NCBI GenBank assembly: GCA_028820405.1
Contig: JAPPJI010000025.1
Location: forward strand, 609 to 64,608
DNA: 64,000 nucleotides
Source: Candidatus Kaiserbacteria bacterium
GTDB lineage: Bacteria > Patescibacteriota > Minisyncoccia > Phycocordibacterales > JABAAK01
Reading direction: 5' to 3'
Position 1 is the stretch's first letter. Each line of letters begins with the position of its first letter. A model generated the notes under the pieces. It had not been told where the DNA came from. It made no database searches and saw only the letters and a list, made by a program, of their open reading frames with translations. Shown one piece after another: positions 59,602 to 64,000 of the stretch. A program made the translations under genes and the position numbers.

Positions 59602-60288
59602 CTACAAAATATACTTTCCTTTCAAGTCGTCCATTGCCACCTCACCGTTCACGAGCGTGATGACACGGCCCTTTACTTTGTTTACAACTGACTTGTCATG
59701 TGTGGTGAGAATAACCGTGGTGCCAATCTTATTCACCTGCTTGAGAATGCTGATGACTTCATGAGAGTTCACCGGATCAAGGTTTCCGGTCGGCTCATCA
59801 GCAAGAAGCAATTCCGGCTGACTCACGATGGCCCGGGCAATCGCAACACGCTGCTGCTCACCGCCTGAGAGCTCCTGCGGAAATGACCATGCTTTCTTTT
59901 GCAGATCAACGAGTTCCAGTGCATACGGCACATCACTCTCAATCTTGTCCTCTTCATAGCCGAGTGCCTCCATTGCAAAAGCAATGTTTTCAAACACGGT
60001 CTTTTTCGACAGCAACCGAAAGTCCTGAAAAATGACACCGGTATTTCGTCGGTGCTCAAGGAGTTCACGCTCTGACATGTCGGCAATGTCAATTCCCGCT
60101 CGACATACCGATCCCGTGTGAGGATCTTCCTCGCCGAGGATGAGTTTGAAGAGCGTGCTTTTTCCTGACCCGGAATGACCGACTAAGGTGACAAACTCGT
60201 CATACCCGACACCAAACGAAACATCGTGAACGGCAACCGAATCACCATACCGCTTAGCCGCCTTGTCAAACGAGATGATGGTGTCCAT
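59602..60288 (-). CDS. ftsE: Cell division ATP-binding protein FtsE
   Basis: GHSGSGKST, IFQDFRLL, LSGGEQQRVAIARA, ADEPTGNLD; upstream of ftsX. Confidence 0.95.
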   Translation of the reverse strand: MDTIISFDKAAKRYGDSVAVHDVSFGVGYDEFVTLVGHSGSGKSTLFKLILGEEDPHTGSVCRAGIDIADMSERELLEHRRNTGVIFQDFRLLSKKTVFENIAFAMEALGYEEDKIESDVPYALELVDLQKKAWSFPQELSGGEQQRVAIARAIVSQPELLLADEPTGNLDPVNSHEVISILKQVNKIGTTVILTTHDKSVVNKVKGRVITLVNGEVAMDDLKGKYIL

Positions 60289-60353
60289 AGATAGTGGTCA
60301 TTTTAACACAGGATTTTCTCAGGCAGAACAGATTTTACCCACCCTGCCGCACC

Positions 60354-61223
60354 TTAGAGACCTGATTGCAACGCATCAATGAACCCGTCAATCTTACCCT
60401 CAAAGACATCGTCAGGATTGCTCTCCTCATAGTCAACACGAAGATCCTTCACTAACTTGTACGGATGCAGGACATAGGATCGTACCTGGTTTCCCCACTC
60501 AATGCCGGCCTTCTTGTCGAACGACAGGTCACGAAGCTGTTCCACCTGCCGCTTCTGCATCAGCATGAGCAGCTTCCCCCGCAGGATCTCTAAAGCAGCC
60601 TCTTTGTTCCGCACCTGTGATCGCTCCCGCTCAACACGAACGGTCAGTCCTGACGGCACATGCCGAACACGAACCGCCGTCTCCCGCTTGTTCACATTCT
60701 GACCGCCGGGACCGCCGGCGTTCATAAAGGTCACCTCAAGATCATCCTCAGGAATGGCCACCTCCTTGATCGGCGGGACCTTTGGTGTCACGTCAACGAG
60801 CACAAACGACGTGTGTCGTTGCTTCTTCGCATTAAACGGAGAGATGCGAACCAGTCGATGCACACCGGTCTCGTGCTTGAGCAGCCCGTACGCCGACGGG
60901 TCATCAACGGCAAGCGTAATATTTTTGTAACCGCCGACCGGTGTTTCATGCCGATCGACTTCGTATAGAGAAAACCCCTGCTTCTGTGCATACCGACGGT
61001 ACATGTCGGCAAGGATGCGGGCAAAATCTTCGGCATCGTCACCGCCGGTACCGGCAATGATGGTAATAACCGCAGGAAAGGTATCTCCTGACGACCCGCT
61101 ACGTTTGAGATCATTGTACCGACGCACCACCTCCTGTGACACCTCCTTGTTGTCCCAAAATCCCGGCTCTGCCATTTGTTGCTCAAGGTCACGGAGTTCC
61201 GCTTCCCGTTTCTTGTCATGCAT
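60354..61223 (-). CDS. prfB: Peptide chain release factor 2 (shortened domain 1, no frameshift)
   Basis: GVHRLVRISPF (SPF), GGPGGQNVNK (GGQ), WGNQVRSYVLHPY. Confidence 0.93.
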   Translation of the reverse strand: MHDKKREAELRDLEQQMAEPGFWDNKEVSQEVVRRYNDLKRSGSSGDTFPAVITIIAGTGGDDAEDFARILADMYRRYAQKQGFSLYEVDRHETPVGGYKNITLAVDDPSAYGLLKHETGVHRLVRISPFNAKKQRHTSFVLVDVTPKVPPIKEVAIPEDDLEVTFMNAGGPGGQNVNKRETAVRVRHVPSGLTVRVERERSQVRNKEAALEILRGKLLMLMQKRQVEQLRDLSFDKKAGIEWGNQVRSYVLHPYKLVKDLRVDYEESNPDDVFEGKIDGFIDALQSGL

Positions 61224-61293
61224 ATGCACGTTCACTATACCACCCATGCAAAAAAATATGCCCGCTACCTGGTATAGGTAACGGGCACACCGG

Positions 61294-61797
61294 TCATCTC
61301 TTTTCTTTGAGATATCGCCGGAATCTCTCTATCTTGAGATCATACAACCGCGACGCAATCTGATCATTCACCTGCTTCGCATGGAACATGTCCTGATGCA
61401 GAAAGTGCTTGCTGTCCTCCAGCTGCCATCGCTCACCGATACCTCCGTCAATGTGAGACTGGATATCGTGAACAACGGCTTCATGTGCAGCACCCTCTTC
61501 CCTGAAACGTTCCATCTCTGCTTTTGCCGCCAAGACACCGGCCGAGAGGCTATCAATCTCCCGCTGCAACGCTGCGGTACGATGCTCCTCGTCTGCAATA
61601 CGACCTTGTATGTACCGTGCAAAAAACGGAGGCACCGCCTCTCGCTTTTCCGGCGATACAACCGGCTGGACCGGTGTCTCATGGAGAAAGTGCAGAGTGA
61701 ATGCACAGATTGAACAAATACCGAGGGAAACCCCCACGAAGGCAGGGAATATGAGTTCACGATCAGTGAACCTCGGCATCCTGTCAAGAAGTGACAT
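61294..61797 (-). CDS. Orphan TM plus coiled-coil protein
   Basis: SD AAAGGAG, one TM, heptad-rich region. Confidence 0.7.
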   Translation of the reverse strand: MSLLDRMPRFTDRELIFPAFVGVSLGICSICAFTLHFLHETPVQPVVSPEKREAVPPFFARYIQGRIADEEHRTAALQREIDSLSAGVLAAKAEMERFREEGAAHEAVVHDIQSHIDGGIGERWQLEDSKHFLHQDMFHAKQVNDQIASRLYDLKIERFRRYLKEKR

Positions 61798-61887
61798 AAC
61801 CGTCTCCTTTCGCCTCCTCTATGAGCAATCGTGGATCCTCTTTTGTATATATAGGACACTCTGTCGATATCAACAAGCCCTGTTTAC

Positions 61888-61964
61888 TGGTGCTGACGGG
61901 TGGAGTTGAACCACCGACCTTGGGTTTATGAGTCCCACGCTCTAACCAACTGAGCTACGTCAGC
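61888..61964 (-). tRNA. tRNA-Met (CAU), elongator-like
   Basis: G1-C72 paired acceptor GCTGACG/CGTCAGC, loop CT CAT AA, CCA encoded; lacks initiator hallmarks; A31-A39 mismatch. Confidence 0.9.
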
Positions 61965-62041
61965 GAATACACTGTATGGTACCACACCTACCTATTTTCA
62001 AGGTTTTTGACCTCCAGGCGGGGTATACTACGGTGTATAAA

Positions 62042-62112
62042 GCGGGTATAGTTTAGTGGCAGAACGTGGCCTTCCCAAGGCTAAAACGGGAGTTCGATTC
62101 TCCCTACCCGCA
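62042..62112 (+). tRNA. tRNA-Gly (CCC)
   Basis: GCGGGTA/TACCCGC acceptor, anticodon arm TGGCC-TT CCC AA-GGCTA. Confidence 0.94.
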
Positions 62113-62253
62113 CAAAACCCCCTATTTGCTGGATATAGGGCAAAAAGACTTGCCAAAATAGTACTTTTAGTGTATCACACTAGCAAGGGGAAAACCCTGA
62201 GATCTTTTACTTACCAAACCCCATCCGACAACTCATAACCAGGAGAAAGTATC

Positions 62254-62745
62254 ATGGAAGTGTTGGATCAAATTGCGGCCAGTGTTCCGTTCGCCATTCG
62301 AGTTTTGTTGGTCACCGCCGCTTTTATCGGCGGCATTGCCGTCCTACTGAGGCTAACCTTCAGTGCCAGTCAAGAGGCAGCCACCCAGCAGCAGAATCAC
62401 GAAACGGGAATCGCCCTCCTGCCGGCGGAAGAGACCGGGCGCGAGCAGCTCCGTTTTCGCAGAGCAGCTGCGAATTTGGCCGGTGATGTCATCAACCTGG
62501 GCAGAACTGCTCACAGCAAAGCCGTCAAGGCTGGTGAAGCTGGCGAAAAACTCGGTTCCGTAGCCGTTGAGGCGATACAATACGGCTCCGAAATCGCTGA
62601 CGACGATGCCAACATCGGCAACTCGAAAGACGAGTCGACGAAGCATCTGACGAAGATGAAGAAGTATCGCGAGCAAATCGCCAAAGCCTCGACCCAGTTG
62701 GACGAGGCTTTGGCGGCGGCCAAGGAGCAAAAGGCCAAGAAGTAG
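62254..62745 (+). CDS. Orphan TM plus Ala-rich helical protein
   Basis: TTGCCA-N17-TATCAC promoter, SD AGGAG, TM, helical C-terminus. Confidence 0.75.
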   Translation: MEVLDQIAASVPFAIRVLLVTAAFIGGIAVLLRLTFSASQEAATQQQNHETGIALLPAEETGREQLRFRRAAANLAGDVINLGRTAHSKAVKAGEAGEKLGSVAVEAIQYGSEIADDDANIGNSKDESTKHLTKMKKYREQIAKASTQLDEALAAAKEQKAKK

Positions 62746-62813
62746 ATGGGTTACCCGGCAACACCTGCGACCGAAGCGGCCCTCACAGGCTGATCGGCGG
62801 AGGTTGCCACCAC

Positions 62814-62849
62814 GGGGACTGCACACACGTGCAGTCCCCTTCTTTTTTT
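62814..62849 (+). terminator. Intrinsic terminator
   Basis: GGGGACTGCAC/GTGCAGTCCCC plus T-tract. Confidence 0.85.
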
Positions 62850-62861
62850 GCATTCGTTTTT

Positions 62862-63902
62862 TCAAACACGACGTCTCTGACGTTTCGCCCGCACCGCCTG
62901 TACCTGCCGCACCTTTTTTCGAACAAGTGCCATTTTTGCCGCACGCCGTGCCCGTCTTCTTCGGTCATGGATAACAAGGAAGAGGAGGATCAGGGAAACG
63001 AGAACAGACACCTCAATTGCAAACGCCCATGGCTCAGGCATGCTGAAGCGGTAGGTTGGGGGTGTCTCAAGCCAAACAACGTTGGCAGGATATGCTCCTC
63101 TCTCCGCAGCACGGTACGCAAACCGAGCAGTGATGACGGAAAGACCGCCCCAGGCAGAACTATCAACGTCAATCTCCCACTCCTTTGTGCTCCCCCGCAC
63201 GACAGACGACTGATCACGCAAGTGCGAGAGAAGCGGGGAAAACGGAAAAGAACGAACGTCTATTCCGGCGTCAGTAGTAATGGACACCGTACCGCTATTT
63301 TGCACCGACAGGTGAGCAATATATCCGCCACCCGATCGATCGGTCACCCACAGCTGCGGATTCCGCAGCTCCCGAACCACCTCCCCCGGAACAGTCAGAG
63401 AGATACGAATCGTCACCCGCGTCTTCAGGGCAACACCAGTACCGTATGAACTGCCAACCCCCTGATCTTCGATAACAATACAGCCGGCATGCTCGCCGGG
63501 TTCTGCCCGATCCGGAACGGTGACAGAAAAGGGGACAAACTTGTTTTCATAAGCAGGCACCGTTACCACGCCCCCTTGCACCGTAACCCATGATCCGACT
63601 GCATCACGTGCTTCTTCTGCACAGGAGAGCTCCCCGTCACGAGAGATCTCCACATCAACCGCAGAGACAACAATAATCTTTTCTTCACTTGAATCATTCA
63701 CCACAATCACCCCGTCTTCAATAACGGAGCCGGGAGGTGCCGTGTGAATAAAGATGGATTCGCTTTCCCGATCATCAAAACGGGAGGTTGCGGTCACTGC
63801 ATCAACACCGCCGTAGGGAGTGGTGTGTACGGGTACAGCGACACTCATGCATAGGGTCATAAACACCCCACCCCACCACAAACCAGACATACGAATCATC
63901 AT
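62862..63902 (-). CDS. DUF916/WxL-interacting-like surface protein with C-terminal TM
   Basis: Signal peptide; PG..IEDGVIVVN...VGSWV...VPFSVTVP..AEPGEHAGCIV; C-terminal TM and basic tail. Confidence 0.7.
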   Translation of the reverse strand: MMIRMSGLWWGGVFMTLCMSVAVPVHTTPYGGVDAVTATSRFDDRESESIFIHTAPPGSVIEDGVIVVNDSSEEKIIVVSAVDVEISRDGELSCAEEARDAVGSWVTVQGGVVTVPAYENKFVPFSVTVPDRAEPGEHAGCIVIEDQGVGSSYGTGVALKTRVTIRISLTVPGEVVRELRNPQLWVTDRSGGGYIAHLSVQNSGTVSITTDAGIDVRSFPFSPLLSHLRDQSSVVRGSTKEWEIDVDSSAWGGLSVITARFAYRAAERGAYPANVVWLETPPTYRFSMPEPWAFAIEVSVLVSLILLFLVIHDRRRRARRAAKMALVRKKVRQVQAVRAKRQRRRV

Positions 63903-64000
63903 ACTGCCTGCATCATACCACTGACATTGCGAGACAATCTTGCACCTCACCTCCAATCATGTTCCACACGTTGACTGTTCTGGGATTTCATGTGTTGACA

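Noticed and set aside
61888-61964. Initiator tRNA-fMet or tRNA-Ile2(CAU)
   Set aside because: The 1-72 pair is Watson-Crick and the G29-G31/C39-C41 triplet is absent; D-arm resembles elongator Met. Ile2 cannot be fully excluded without covariance-model scoring

Overview
This looks like a gene-dense chromosomal segment of a reduced-genome bacterium, most likely Patescibacteria/CPR (Parcubacteria-like). That placement is inferred from rplK with no downstream rplA, an RF2 with a shortened N-terminus, an IleRS carrying a histidine-phosphatase insertion, a short HhH-GPD glycosylase and a MurE/FemABX pair. Housekeeping genes include recG, ruvX, dcd, ung, ftsH, smpB-ssrA, uvrC, uvrA, thrS, rnhA, ftsK, recA, efp, ssb, rpsF, recO, ileS, rplK, nusG, secE, two RNase J paralogs, ftsEX and prfB. 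There are five tRNAs: Ile-UAU, Leu-UAA, Gln-UUG, Met-CAU and Gly-CCC. Accessory content includes an AAA_21 ATPase at the left edge, a probable type II R-M pair, a DUF3179-thioredoxin-CcdA redox module, two spondin-domain proteins, a complete LIV ABC transporter and a ~1190-aa orphan. The clearest structural pattern is two classes of gene starts. Housekeeping genes look leaderless, with a -10 box 5-9 nt before the start codon and no SD. Small orphan, membrane-peptide and secreted genes have -35/-10 promoters, strong SD sites and their own terminators, and several candidate stand-alone small RNAs lie among them, most densely just downstream of tmRNA. Other notable items are a tandem RNase J pseudoenzyme, a rare tRNA-Ile(UAU), a 22-bp smpB-ssrA leader hairpin that can sequester the tmRNA acceptor strand, and a small exported-protein family resembling the FtsH ectodomain. 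No CRISPR array, integrase or transposase was seen. All calls come from manual motif reading; no database searches were run.
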